Positions 8,581 through 18,140 of a DNA stretch of 64,000 bases are shown piece by piece. Below the pieces are notes generated by a model. It made no database searches and had not been told where the DNA came from. It saw nothing but the letters and a program-made list of their open reading frames with translations. Made by a program: the position numbers and the translations under genes. This DNA is from Bacilli bacterium (GTDB taxonomy: Bacteria; Bacillota_I; Bacilli_A; RF39; UBA660): the NCBI GenBank assembly GCA_017941235.1, contig JAGAWU010000049.1:2497-66496 (forward strand), given 5' to 3'. Numbering within the stretch: the first letter of the stretch is position 1; every line of letters starts with the position of its first letter.

Positions 8581-9597
8581 ATGGACTATTATTTTAGAGA
8601 AAATAATATTTCTATTTCTGGTAATAATTATGCTTCTATAAAAGATGATTTACTTAAAACACTTAATTTTATAGAAAATAGTAATGATTTAGAGGAACTC
8701 TTATCCTTTTATACATATTTAATTTTATTTAAACCAGAGATTTTAAATAATGAGTTTTTATCTGTAGTAAAAAATAAACTTTTTGAACTTTCTTCTTTGC
8801 AAAAAGAGAAGTGGAGTAAGGTACAAAAACTAGCTTATGAATATTCTGTTTCTAGTGATGCTTTGATGAGAAGTAGTTTTGATTATGGCTTTTTTCAAAG
8901 ACAAAAAGATATAATTGATTCTTTCTTTAATAAAAATACTTTTTCTTTTGATAAGTTTACTCCTTTAAGTGATAAAAATATATATTTTATGCTTAAGAAG
9001 TTTTATAAAGATACTAATGATTATCCTTCTTTATGTATTCTTTATTCTTTGATAGATGAGAAATGTATTATAGATGGTAGTAGTAAAGGGAGTTTAGGAG
9101 AAGTTATTTTTTCTAATTTTACTTTTAATCCTTATTTAAAGATTAATAGAAAGAATAATTTTCTTGATTTAATTACTTTAGTACATGAAATAGGGCATAT
9201 TAAATATTATTATCTTGCTTTAAAAGATAAGAATCCTATAGATATAAATGAATTTTTTTATGTTAAACAATATGTAGAAGCTTATCCTTTATATCAAGAA
9301 AGGAAGTTTTTAGATTATTTACTTAGTGAAGGGGTATTTACTTATGATGTTAAACATTTTTTAGTTTGTGAACTTGAACAGCAAAATAAATATTTAGAAA
9401 AACTACTTGATGAACCTAGTGTTTCTGATATAAGAATTATTAATGGTAAAATTGGTGGTAATTTACTTAAGAATATATCTGAAAGTAATGATTTAATTAG
9501 TTCTTCTGCTGATTCTTCTTTCTATATGAATAATTTTTCTAAGGGTGAAAGGCTTAACTCTGTTCTTGATACTATAAATTCTATTAAAAAAATATAA
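8581..9597 (+). CDS. Hypothetical protein with an HExxH zinc-metallopeptidase motif
   Basis: LVHEIGH motif at about residue 200. It may be a short relative of M3-type peptidases. No confident family call. Confidence 0.5.
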   Translation: MDYYFRENNISISGNNYASIKDDLLKTLNFIENSNDLEELLSFYTYLILFKPEILNNEFLSVVKNKLFELSSLQKEKWSKVQKLAYEYSVSSDALMRSSFDYGFFQRQKDIIDSFFNKNTFSFDKFTPLSDKNIYFMLKKFYKDTNDYPSLCILYSLIDEKCIIDGSSKGSLGEVIFSNFTFNPYLKINRKNNFLDLITLVHEIGHIKYYYLALKDKNPIDINEFFYVKQYVEAYPLYQERKFLDYLLSEGVFTYDVKHFLVCELEQQNKYLEKLLDEPSVSDIRIINGKIGGNLLKNISESNDLISSSADSSFYMNNFSKGERLNSVLDTINSIKKI

Positions 9598-9681
9598 TTT
9601 CGAGTGTTATAAAATGTAAAAATAGTGTATAATGGAATAACGGGGATAATCTCTTTATTCCTTTTTATTGGAGGAGGATTT

Positions 9682-11034
9682 ATGATAACAAAACCTAAAG
9701 GTACTAGTGATATATATGGTAAAGAAGCTAAAATATGGAAATATGTAGAAGAAATAGTTGATGGAGTAATGGAAAAGTATAACTATAATTATATTAGAAC
9801 TCCTATATTTGAATCTACTGAACTTTTCCATAGAGGAATTGGTGATTCAACTGATATAGTTACTAAAGAGACTTATGATTTTACAGATAGAGCAGATAGA
9901 AAAATGACTTTAAGACCAGAAGGAACTGCTGGTGTAGTCAGAAGTTTTATAGAAAATAAAATGTATAGTGAATCGCTTCCTGTTAAATGTTACTATAATG
10001 GGACTATGTATAGATATGAAAGACCACAACTTGGAAGAGATAGAGAACTTACTCAATTTGGTTTTGAGGTATTAGGTACTGATGATCCAATTAGTGATGC
10101 AGAAGTTATTTCTATTGCAGTAAATATTTATAAAATGCTTGGACTTAAAGATATTAGTGTAGAAATTAATTCACTTGGTGATAATGAATCACGTGATAAT
10201 TATAGAAAAGCTTTACTTGAGTTTTTAGAACCTAATAAAGATAAACTTTGTGATGATTGTAAAGAAAGACTTAAAAAAAATCCACTTAGAATACTTGATT
10301 GTAAAATAGATGGTGATGGTGAATTTTTAAAAGGATGTCCTACTACTATAGATTATTTGAATGAAGATAGTAAGAATAGATTTGAAGAGTTAAAGTCATA
10401 TTTAGATATATTAGGAGTTAAATATGTAGTTAATCCTAAAATAGTACGTGGACTTGATTATTATAATCATACTGTATTTGAAATAAAAGTAGATATGCCA
10501 GGACTTAGTAATGCTCAAACTATAGGTGCTGGTGGTAGATATAATGGACTTGTTAAACAACTAGGAGGTCCTGATACACCTTGTATTGGGTTTGCTTCTG
10601 GAATAAGTAGAGTTGTACTTGCTTTAAAAGAACAAGAAGTTAAACTTCCTATAGAAGATGGTATTGATGTATTTATTATGTATGTTAATGAAGAAGAAAA
10701 GAAATATGCAGTATATTTACAACAAGAACTTAGAATGAGTGGATTTAATGTTGATATGGAGTATACTGGAAGAAGTTTGAAGGCTCAATTTAAACAAGCT
10801 GATAGATTAAATAGTCATTTCCTTCTTATTTTAAATAGTGAAGATTTAGATAATGGTGAAGTACAAATTAAAAATACAAGAACAAAACAAGAAGATAAAA
10901 TATCTATTGAATATATAATGTATTATTTAGATGAACAATTAGTTGATGATGAAGATGAACACTGTGATTGTGGTTGTGAGCATGATCATTGTACTTGTGG
11001 TGATGATTGCAGTTGTCATGAACATCATAGATAG
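9682..11034 (+). CDS. hisS: Histidine--tRNA ligase with a Cys/His-rich C-terminal tail
   Basis: ATG 9682 follows GGAGGAGG. Class II HisRS motifs are present: KGTSDIYG, RPEGTAG, YRYERPQLGRDRE, GAGGRY. The track start at 9625 is upstream of the SD. Confidence 0.9.
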   Translation: MITKPKGTSDIYGKEAKIWKYVEEIVDGVMEKYNYNYIRTPIFESTELFHRGIGDSTDIVTKETYDFTDRADRKMTLRPEGTAGVVRSFIENKMYSESLPVKCYYNGTMYRYERPQLGRDRELTQFGFEVLGTDDPISDAEVISIAVNIYKMLGLKDISVEINSLGDNESRDNYRKALLEFLEPNKDKLCDDCKERLKKNPLRILDCKIDGDGEFLKGCPTTIDYLNEDSKNRFEELKSYLDILGVKYVVNPKIVRGLDYYNHTVFEIKVDMPGLSNAQTIGAGGRYNGLVKQLGGPDTPCIGFASGISRVVLALKEQEVKLPIEDGIDVFIMYVNEEEKKYAVYLQQELRMSGFNVDMEYTGRSLKAQFKQADRLNSHFLLILNSEDLDNGEVQIKNTRTKQEDKISIEYIMYYLDEQLVDDEDEHCDCGCEHDHCTCGDDCSCHEHHR

Positions 11035-11043
11035 GAGTAAATT

Positions 11044-12360
11044 ATGAAAAAAATTAATGCTTGCGAATTAAAAAATTATTTCGATCAGAATATTGAATTT
11101 AGTGGATTTGTTGATAGTGTTAGAGATTTACAATGGGTACAATTTATAATACTTAGAGATTCTACAGGAAAAGTTCAAGTTACAATTGAAAAAAGTGAAG
11201 GAAAGAATAAAGATATGGTTGAACTTGTTTCTAAATTAACACCAGAAAGTGTTATTAAAGTTAGTGGTAAGTTACTTGAAAGTCCTAAAGTTAAACTTAA
11301 TGGTATGGAATTAATACCAGATAGTATAGATGTAGTTAGTGAAAGTGAAAATGAAATACCATTTAACTATAAAAAAATAGAAGGAGTTAACTTAGATACT
11401 AGACTTGATTATAGATTTATTGATTTAAGAAGTGAAAAAAATTTACTTATGTTTAAAGTTCAAACTTCTTTTGTAAAAGGTATGAGAGAATACTTATATA
11501 AAAATAATTTTATTGAAATACATACTCCTAAATTAATTGGTGCTGCTAGTGAATCTGGTAGTGAAGTATTTGAAGTTAAATATTTTGATAGAAAAGCATA
11601 TCTTGCTCAAAGCCCACAATTTTATAAACAAATGGCTATGGCTAGTGGATTTGAAAAGATATTTGAGGTTGCTCCTGCTTTTAGAGCGGAGAATTCTAAT
11701 ACTAATAGACATTCAACTGAATTTACTTCTTTTGATGTAGAATTTAGTTATATAGATTCTTATGAGGATGTAATGGATTTGGAAGAAGAATTATTAGTAG
11801 CTGGTCTTTCAAAAGTAAAGGAAGAATATGGAATGCAGATTAAAGAAGTATTTGGAAAAGATGTAGTTGTTCCTACTAGACCTTTCCCTAGAATTAAACT
11901 TAATGATTTATATATGGAACTTCATAATAGATATAATTATGAAATTCCTAAAGAAGATGTTGGAGATATGAATAGTGAATCGGAAAAATTGACTGCTAGG
12001 TTTGCAATGGAAGAATATGGTCACGAGTTTATATTTGTTACTGATTTTAGTAAAACTAAGAGGGCTTTCTATCATATGAGAAAAGATGATATACCTCAAG
12101 GTTATGATTTAATTTGGAGAGGTACTGAGATAACTACTGGTGCTCAAAGAGAACATAGATATGATGTTTTAAAATCTCAAGCTGAAGAAAAGGGTTTAAA
12201 AGATGATGTTAAATTCTATTTAGATTTCTTTAAATATGGTTGTCCACCACATGGAGGATTTGCTTTAGGTGTTGATAGACTTACTATGCTTTTACTTGGT
12301 ACAAATAATTTGAAAGAAACACAGTTTTTATTTAGAGGTCCTAATAGATTAGAACCATAA
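11044..12360 (+). CDS. aspS: Aspartate--tRNA ligase, archaeal/type-2 form (possibly non-discriminating)
   Basis: 438 aa. FRAENSNTNRHSTEFTSFDVE (motif 2 region), GGFALGVDRL (motif 3) and a C-terminal ...RGPNRLEP ending typical of type-2 AspRS rather than AsnRS. Confidence 0.75.
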   Translation: MKKINACELKNYFDQNIEFSGFVDSVRDLQWVQFIILRDSTGKVQVTIEKSEGKNKDMVELVSKLTPESVIKVSGKLLESPKVKLNGMELIPDSIDVVSESENEIPFNYKKIEGVNLDTRLDYRFIDLRSEKNLLMFKVQTSFVKGMREYLYKNNFIEIHTPKLIGAASESGSEVFEVKYFDRKAYLAQSPQFYKQMAMASGFEKIFEVAPAFRAENSNTNRHSTEFTSFDVEFSYIDSYEDVMDLEEELLVAGLSKVKEEYGMQIKEVFGKDVVVPTRPFPRIKLNDLYMELHNRYNYEIPKEDVGDMNSESEKLTARFAMEEYGHEFIFVTDFSKTKRAFYHMRKDDIPQGYDLIWRGTEITTGAQREHRYDVLKSQAEEKGLKDDVKFYLDFFKYGCPPHGGFALGVDRLTMLLLGTNNLKETQFLFRGPNRLEP

Positions 12361-12405
12361 TTTACTTGATATTATTCTTAGTATGTGATATTTTTTAATT
12401 AAGGG

Positions 12406-12434
12406 TTGCAAAAATATGACTTTTGTGTTATAAT
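12406..12434 (+). promoter_or_regulatory. Sigma-A type promoter of the adhesin gene
   Basis: TTGCAA (12406-12411), 17-nt spacer, TATAAT (12429-12434). Confidence 0.6.
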
Positions 12435-12457
12435 AACAGACATTGGAGGGGGATATT

Positions 12458-13990
12458 ATGAAAAAATATTTTAAAACCATAGCAATATTTATATTTATAT
12501 TATTTATTGCGTTACAATCTAACACTGTTAATGCTGAATCTGGTCTTACTTTAACAAGAAAGACATACATTACATATAATGGTAGAACTGAAGCTAAGTT
12601 TTATACTTCTAAGGGATACGGTTATTGTATAACTCCTGAAAGAACAGGAGCATATCAAGGACACAATTTTACTTATAGTTATACTGAAAGTGATGGTGGA
12701 CTTGCTTACATCCTAGAAAACGCTACTGATACTAGTGATACTGGTTATTTAATTACACAACTTGCTGTTTGGAAGTATAGAAGTAATTTTATGCCTGCTG
12801 CTTTCCAAAATACTGCTGTAGGTAATAAAGCTGTTTCTATTGCTAATAATGCTAAAGGTAAAACAACCGGTGGTAGTGAAGTAAGTGTTAAAATTAATAC
12901 TACTGATAATAATGCTAAACTTATTAATGGTTATTATACTATTGGTAATATGAGTATTAAATTTGCTGGAGTTAATAAATATAAAGTAACTGTTAGTGGA
13001 AATCAATATGCTCAATTAGTTGATGCTAATGGTAATGTTGTAAGTAATGGTAGTGAATTTGCTACTAATCAAAAATTTAATGTTAGAGTACCTGCTGATA
13101 AGGTTACTGAAAAATCTAGTTTTAAAGTAACTCTTTCTGTAGGAAAAACAGTATATCTTATTAAAAGATATTCACCTAACAATAATGCATTACAAGATTT
13201 AGTTGTTCCAGAAAAAGAAAATAAATCAGATTCTGATTCTGCAACATTTATAATGACACCAGTAAAAAGAGTATGTGAATACTATAATGGTAAATACTAT
13301 GGTAAAGATGGAAAAGAAACTACTGAACTAAAATACAGACAAGAATGTGAAACTAACATTTGTAAAAAAGTTGGTGACAAATATTTTGGTAAAGATGGAA
13401 AAGAAACTACTGAACTAAAATATAAAGAAGAATGTGAAACTAACATTTGTAAAAAAGTTGGTGACAAATATTTTGGTAAAGATGGTAAGGAAACTACTGA
13501 ACTAAAATACAAACAAGAATGTGAAACTAACATTTGTAAAAAAGTTGGTGACAAATATTTTGGTAAAGATGGTAAAGAAACTACTGAACTAAAATATAAA
13601 GAAGAATGTGAAACTAACATTTGTAAAAAAGTTGGTGACAAATATTTTGGTAAAGATGGTAAAGAAACTACTGAACTAAAATACAAACAAGAATGTGAAA
13701 CTAACATTTGTATAATTATTGGTGATAAATATTTTGGTAAAGATGGTAAAGAAACTACTGAACTAAAATATAGACAAGAATGTGAAACTAATATTTGTAA
13801 GATTGTTGGAGATAAATATTTTGGTAAAGATGGTAAAGAAACTACAGAGAGTGAATATAAAGCTCAATGTGAAACACCAATTCCAGATACTGGAGTTAGT
13901 CCATTATCAACAATTCTTTCAATTGTATTAGGATCTGGAATTATTGCTGGTACAGCATTACTATTAAAAAAATATAGTAAAAATAATTAA
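12458..13990 (+). CDS. Sortase-anchored surface protein with an N-terminal thioester (TQXA-type) domain and a Cys-pair repeat stalk
   Basis: ATG 12458 follows GGAGGGGG. Signal peptide ...SNTVNA/ES. YCITPE plus TQLAVW motifs. One 24-aa unit and six 29-aa units. C-terminal IPDTG, a hydrophobic helix and KKYSKNN. Confidence 0.75.
   Translation: MKKYFKTIAIFIFILFIALQSNTVNAESGLTLTRKTYITYNGRTEAKFYTSKGYGYCITPERTGAYQGHNFTYSYTESDGGLAYILENATDTSDTGYLITQLAVWKYRSNFMPAAFQNTAVGNKAVSIANNAKGKTTGGSEVSVKINTTDNNAKLINGYYTIGNMSIKFAGVNKYKVTVSGNQYAQLVDANGNVVSNGSEFATNQKFNVRVPADKVTEKSSFKVTLSVGKTVYLIKRYSPNNNALQDLVVPEKENKSDSDSATFIMTPVKRVCEYYNGKYYGKDGKETTELKYRQECETNICKKVGDKYFGKDGKETTELKYKEECETNICKKVGDKYFGKDGKETTELKYKQECETNICKKVGDKYFGKDGKETTELKYKEECETNICKKVGDKYFGKDGKETTELKYKQECETNICIIIGDKYFGKDGKETTELKYRQECETNICKIVGDKYFGKDGKETTESEYKAQCETPIPDTGVSPLSTILSIVLGSGIIAGTALLLKKYSKNN
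13274..13882 (+). repeat. In-frame tandem repeat, 87-bp period (one 72-bp degenerate unit, six 87-bp units, one partial)
   Basis: TGTGAAACTAACATTTGT... recurs at 13346, 13433, 13520, 13607, 13694 and 13781, with a partial copy at 13868. The central copies are nearly identical at the DNA level. Confidence 0.95.
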
Positions 13991-14096
13991 TAAATGAGAA
14001 CTCTTTTTAGAGTTCTTTTTTTGTTATTGAATAAAATCTCTATGTTTGACATAACTTTTATAAAATGATAATATAAAAAATATGGGTGATGGATAT

Positions 14097-15041
14097 ATGG
14101 AAACATGGTATTTAGTATCATATGTATTTATGTTTTTCTTCGTAGCTAGTTTAATTGGCTATGTATGTGAAGTGGTTTACTGTTCTGTGGTTGATAAATA
14201 TTTTGAATGGAATAGAGGTTTTTTACTTGGACCATATATTCCGATATATGGTATTGGTACTGTAGTAATTATTTACTTACTTAGGGATTATTATCATGAT
14301 CCTAAAGCTCTTTTTGCACTTAGTTTTTTAATATGTACTATTCTTGAATATATTACAAGTTTTATTATGGAAAAATTATTTAAAGTTAGATGGTGGGATT
14401 ATTCAACACTTCCTTTTAATATTAATGGTAGAGTTTGTTTACTTAATTCAGTATTATTTGGTATTGCTGGTGTAGTTGTAATTTATTTTTTAAGACCACT
14501 TGTTCTTAATATATTTAACTTTGTACCACATGCTGCTATGATTTCTATTGCTACTTTCTGTGAAATTATTTTCTTTACTGATTTATTTGTTACATTAGGG
14601 ACTTTGATTAGTATTAGAATTACTTTAACTAAAATGAAAAAGGTAAAGAAGAGTAGTTTGGAAAATGAAAGTAAAGATGGTACTGAAAAGACTAAAGATC
14701 AAATTGTTGAGAGAATAAGAAAAAATGTTACTCTTTATAATTTACTTCTTAGGGCTTTTCCTTATATTGATGGTGTTAATGAACAATCATTTAGAGAACT
14801 TAGGTTATTAGTAAATGCTACTGAAAAAGCTATTAAAATGGGTGAATCAGTGGTTAATGGAACAAAGAAGGTTGCTAATACAACTAAAGATGTTGTAGTT
14901 AATAGTACTAGAATAGTTGCTAATACAACTAAAGATGTTGTAGTTAATAGTACTAGAATAGTTGCTAATACTACTAAAGGTGCTGCTGATAAGATAAAAA
15001 ATACTACAATTAATAAAAATAAAGATATCAAAAAGAAATAA
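14097..15041 (+). CDS. Polytopic membrane protein (DUF1113 / putative ABC-transporter type IV-like) with a repeat-containing C-terminal tail
   Basis: Hydrophobic N-terminal 200 aa (...GYVCEVVYCS...GPYIPIYG...) and a hydrophilic tail with VANTTKDVVVNSTRI repeats. The start is 14097 (after GGTGATGGA) or 14082. Confidence 0.6.
   Translation: METWYLVSYVFMFFFVASLIGYVCEVVYCSVVDKYFEWNRGFLLGPYIPIYGIGTVVIIYLLRDYYHDPKALFALSFLICTILEYITSFIMEKLFKVRWWDYSTLPFNINGRVCLLNSVLFGIAGVVVIYFLRPLVLNIFNFVPHAAMISIATFCEIIFFTDLFVTLGTLISIRITLTKMKKVKKSSLENESKDGTEKTKDQIVERIRKNVTLYNLLLRAFPYIDGVNEQSFRELRLLVNATEKAIKMGESVVNGTKKVANTTKDVVVNSTRIVANTTKDVVVNSTRIVANTTKGAADKIKNTTINKNKDIKKK
14871..14980 (+). repeat. In-frame 45-bp tandem repeat (two identical copies plus a partial one)
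   Basis: GTTGCTAATACAACTAAAGATGTTGTAGTTAATAGTACTAGAATA at 14871-14915 and 14916-14960, then a diverged partial copy. Confidence 0.9.
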
Positions 15042-15092
15042 AACTTTTATTTCTTTTTCTTTTTTGCTATAATTATGTAGTAAGGTGATAGT

Positions 15093-18047
15093 ATGTACTT
15101 AAAACAAATAAATGCTTATGGTTTTAAATCTTTTGCAGATAAACTTGATATTAATTTAGATAATAGAATAACATGTATAGTTGGTCCAAATGGATCTGGT
15201 AAGAGTAATGTTGTTGATGCTGTTAGATGGGTTCTTGGAGAACAATCTGTTAAACAGCTTAGAGGAGATGGATCTATTTCTGATGTAATATTTTCAGGAA
15301 GTAAATCACGTAATCCTTTGAATGTTGCTACTGTAGAACTTGTTTTTGATAATAATGATCATTATTTGAATGTTCCTTATACAGATATTTCTATTAAAAG
15401 AAAAGTTTTTAGAACGGGTGAAAATGAGTATTTTTTAAATGGTGATAGATGCAGATTAAAAGATATAATTAATCTACTTATGGATAGTGGTATTGGTAAA
15501 GAATCATATAATATTATTTCTCAGGGTGAAGTTGATAAGATTATTTCAAACTCATCTATGGATCGAAGAGTTATTATTGAAGATGCTGCTGGAATAGTTA
15601 AGTATAAAAAAAGAAAAGAAGAAGCATTAAAAAAACTTGATAAGACTCATAACAATTTAGATAGAGTTAATGATATAATATTAGAACTTGAGACACAAGT
15701 AGAACCGCTTAAAGAACAAAGTGAAAAAGCTCAAGAATACTTAGACAATAAAGAAAGTTTAAAACAATTAGAAGTTGCTCTTCTTGCTTTTGATATATAT
15801 AACGATAGTGAAGAAGTTAAAAGATTAAAAGAAGTACTAGAGAAACTTGAAGATAAATTATCACTTGAAAATGTTTCATCTAATAATGATGATATTGAAA
15901 TTGAAAAACTTAATAAATTGTTATTTGATAAAGAGAAGATTTTAAAAGAATACAATGCAAAACTATTAGAAATAGTTGAAGAGTGTGAAAAAATTAATAC
16001 TAAGAAGAGAATATTAGAAGAGAAAGCTAAAAATACTGATATAGAAGCTAATAAAACTTTATTACTTGAAAAACTTGATAAAAAAGCCGAACTTGATTCA
16101 TTAATTAGTGTATTAGAAAATGAAATTAATGAAACTAAGAATAGTCTTTCTAAAAAGAATGAAGAACTTATTTCTTCTTCTAATATACTTGATACTACTA
16201 AAAATAGAAAAAGATTATCTGTTTTAGATTATTCTAAACTTGAACAAGAAATAATTAGTACATCACATAAAATTAATTCGTTAAATCTTGAACTTGATAA
16301 TGGTAGTACTATACCACTACAAGTTAAGAAGGTACTTTCTAATACTAATTTATTTGGTATTTATAACACTATAGGAAATGTTATATCTATTGATAGCAAA
16401 TATACTAAAGCGCTTGAGGTAGCTAGTTTATCTAATCGTAATTTTATAATTACTGAGAACGAGGCGGCTAGTAAGAATGCGATTAATTATTTAAAGGATA
16501 ATCGTTTGGGTAGAGCAACATTTTTTCCTTTATCAGTAATTAAACCAAGATATATTGATTCTAATTCTTTAAATATTTTGGAAAATGATTCTAATTATTT
16601 AGGAATACTTAGTAATTTACTTGATTATGATAGCAAGTATTCTAATATAATAGAAAATCAATTTGGTACTGTAGTTATAGCAACTAATTTAGATGGTGCA
16701 AATATTTTAGCTAGAAAAACTAATCATAAATATAAAATAGTTACTCTAGATGGTGATGTTGTTAATGTTGGTGGTTCTATGACTGGTGGATCACTTAATA
16801 AGGCTTCACGTAGTAATATAACTATTAGACAAGAACTTGAAGTATTAGAATCTAAAAAAGTTAGTTTAGATGAAGATAAAGTTAGTTTATCTAATTTAAT
16901 TGATAAAATATCTCATGAAATTGAAGATATAGAAGAAAGTCATTTTGAATTAGATAGAGAAAAAGTTAGTATTGAGCAAAAACTAAATGAACAAAATAAA
17001 AATCTTTCTTCAAAATATGAAGAAAGAGAAATTATTAAACAAGATATTGAATCTCTTAATGATGTAGTTTTAGATAGTGTGGATAGTAAAGTGCAGGAAT
17101 TAATTAAACTTTATTATGATACTGTTGCTACTCGTGATACTGTTAAGAATAAGATTTCTACATTAACTGAGGAAATAAAAGATATTAAAGATAAGCTTGA
17201 AAATTTAAGTAATGAATATAAAGTTAAGAATAGTACTATTAGGACTTTAGAAAAAGAAAAGAATGATTTGAATATTAAGATTAGTAAATTAGAACTTGGT
17301 CTTGATAATTATTTAAATACTTTAAGTGTTGAATATTCACTTACATATGAAAAAGCAAGAGAAGAATATGAACTTGAAGTAGATAGAGAATTTGCTAAAG
17401 AACAGGTTAATAAATATAAATCTAATATTAGAGCTCTTGGAATGGTTAATTTAGCTGCAATAGAAGAGTATGAAAGAGTTAGTACTAGATATGAATTTTT
17501 GTGTAAACAAAGAGATGATTTGTCTAATGCTGAAACATCACTTCTTGATATTATGAGAGAAATGGATGGCGTTATTAAAGAAGAATTTTTTAATACATTT
17601 AAAAGAGTTAATGAAGAATTTGGGAAGGTATTCAAAGAATTATTTTCTGGTGGTTATGCTGAACTTAAACTTACTAATCCAGATGATATATTAACTACTG
17701 GAGTAGATATAGTAGCTAGTCCTCCAGGAAAGAAATTGTCTTCAATTACACTACTTTCAGGTGGTGAAAAAACTCTTACTGCAATATCACTTTTATTTGC
17801 AATACTTAATGTTAGAGAAGTACCATTCTGTTTGTTTGATGAGGTAGAAGCTGCTTTAGATGAAGCTAATGTTATACAATTTGGTAAATACTTAAGTCAT
17901 TATAAAGATAAAACTCAATTTTTAATAATTACACATAAGAAAAAGACTATGGAATATGCAGATACATTATATGGTATTACAATGCAAGAATCTGGTGTTT
18001 CAAAACTCGTTAGTGTAAAACTTAATGATCATATTGATACATTATAG
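15093..18047 (+). CDS. smc: Chromosome partition protein SMC (short form, 984 aa)
   Basis: N-terminal GPNGSGKSN Walker A, long coiled coils, a hinge, and C-terminal LSGGEKTLTA plus FCLFDEVEAALD. Confidence 0.9.
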   Translation: MYLKQINAYGFKSFADKLDINLDNRITCIVGPNGSGKSNVVDAVRWVLGEQSVKQLRGDGSISDVIFSGSKSRNPLNVATVELVFDNNDHYLNVPYTDISIKRKVFRTGENEYFLNGDRCRLKDIINLLMDSGIGKESYNIISQGEVDKIISNSSMDRRVIIEDAAGIVKYKKRKEEALKKLDKTHNNLDRVNDIILELETQVEPLKEQSEKAQEYLDNKESLKQLEVALLAFDIYNDSEEVKRLKEVLEKLEDKLSLENVSSNNDDIEIEKLNKLLFDKEKILKEYNAKLLEIVEECEKINTKKRILEEKAKNTDIEANKTLLLEKLDKKAELDSLISVLENEINETKNSLSKKNEELISSSNILDTTKNRKRLSVLDYSKLEQEIISTSHKINSLNLELDNGSTIPLQVKKVLSNTNLFGIYNTIGNVISIDSKYTKALEVASLSNRNFIITENEAASKNAINYLKDNRLGRATFFPLSVIKPRYIDSNSLNILENDSNYLGILSNLLDYDSKYSNIIENQFGTVVIATNLDGANILARKTNHKYKIVTLDGDVVNVGGSMTGGSLNKASRSNITIRQELEVLESKKVSLDEDKVSLSNLIDKISHEIEDIEESHFELDREKVSIEQKLNEQNKNLSSKYEEREIIKQDIESLNDVVLDSVDSKVQELIKLYYDTVATRDTVKNKISTLTEEIKDIKDKLENLSNEYKVKNSTIRTLEKEKNDLNIKISKLELGLDNYLNTLSVEYSLTYEKAREEYELEVDREFAKEQVNKYKSNIRALGMVNLAAIEEYERVSTRYEFLCKQRDDLSNAETSLLDIMREMDGVIKEEFFNTFKRVNEEFGKVFKELFSGGYAELKLTNPDDILTTGVDIVASPPGKKLSSITLLSGGEKTLTAISLLFAILNVREVPFCLFDEVEAALDEANVIQFGKYLSHYKDKTQFLIITHKKKTMEYADTLYGITMQESGVSKLVSVKLNDHIDTL

Positions 18048-18140
18048 AACTATATTAATAGTTCTTTTTCTTTACACTTTTTAGTAAAGTTTATTTTATA
18101 TTAAATTAAAATTATGATATATTTAACATATGGTGATAGT

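Noticed and set aside
9598-9681. A T-box leader upstream of hisS-aspS.
   Set aside because: The gap is only 84 nt, it has no GGTGGTACC-type T-box sequence or Stem I, and it holds a single hairpin that may be the terminator of the upstream gene.
11044-12360. Asparaginyl-tRNA synthetase as an alternative call, because the FRAENSNT sequence resembles AsnRS.
   Set aside because: The sequence continues as EFTSFDVE instead of the AsnRS EFWMIEPE motif. It ends in ...FRGPNRLEP as type-2 AspRS does, and it sits in the hisS-aspS position. Some uncertainty remains.
13297-13707. A 136-aa minus-strand ORF with its own internal repeats.
   Set aside because: It is the antisense shadow of the 87-bp repeats inside the well-supported adhesin gene. 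It has no SD or promoter and consists of low-complexity Ser/Leu/Pro sequence.
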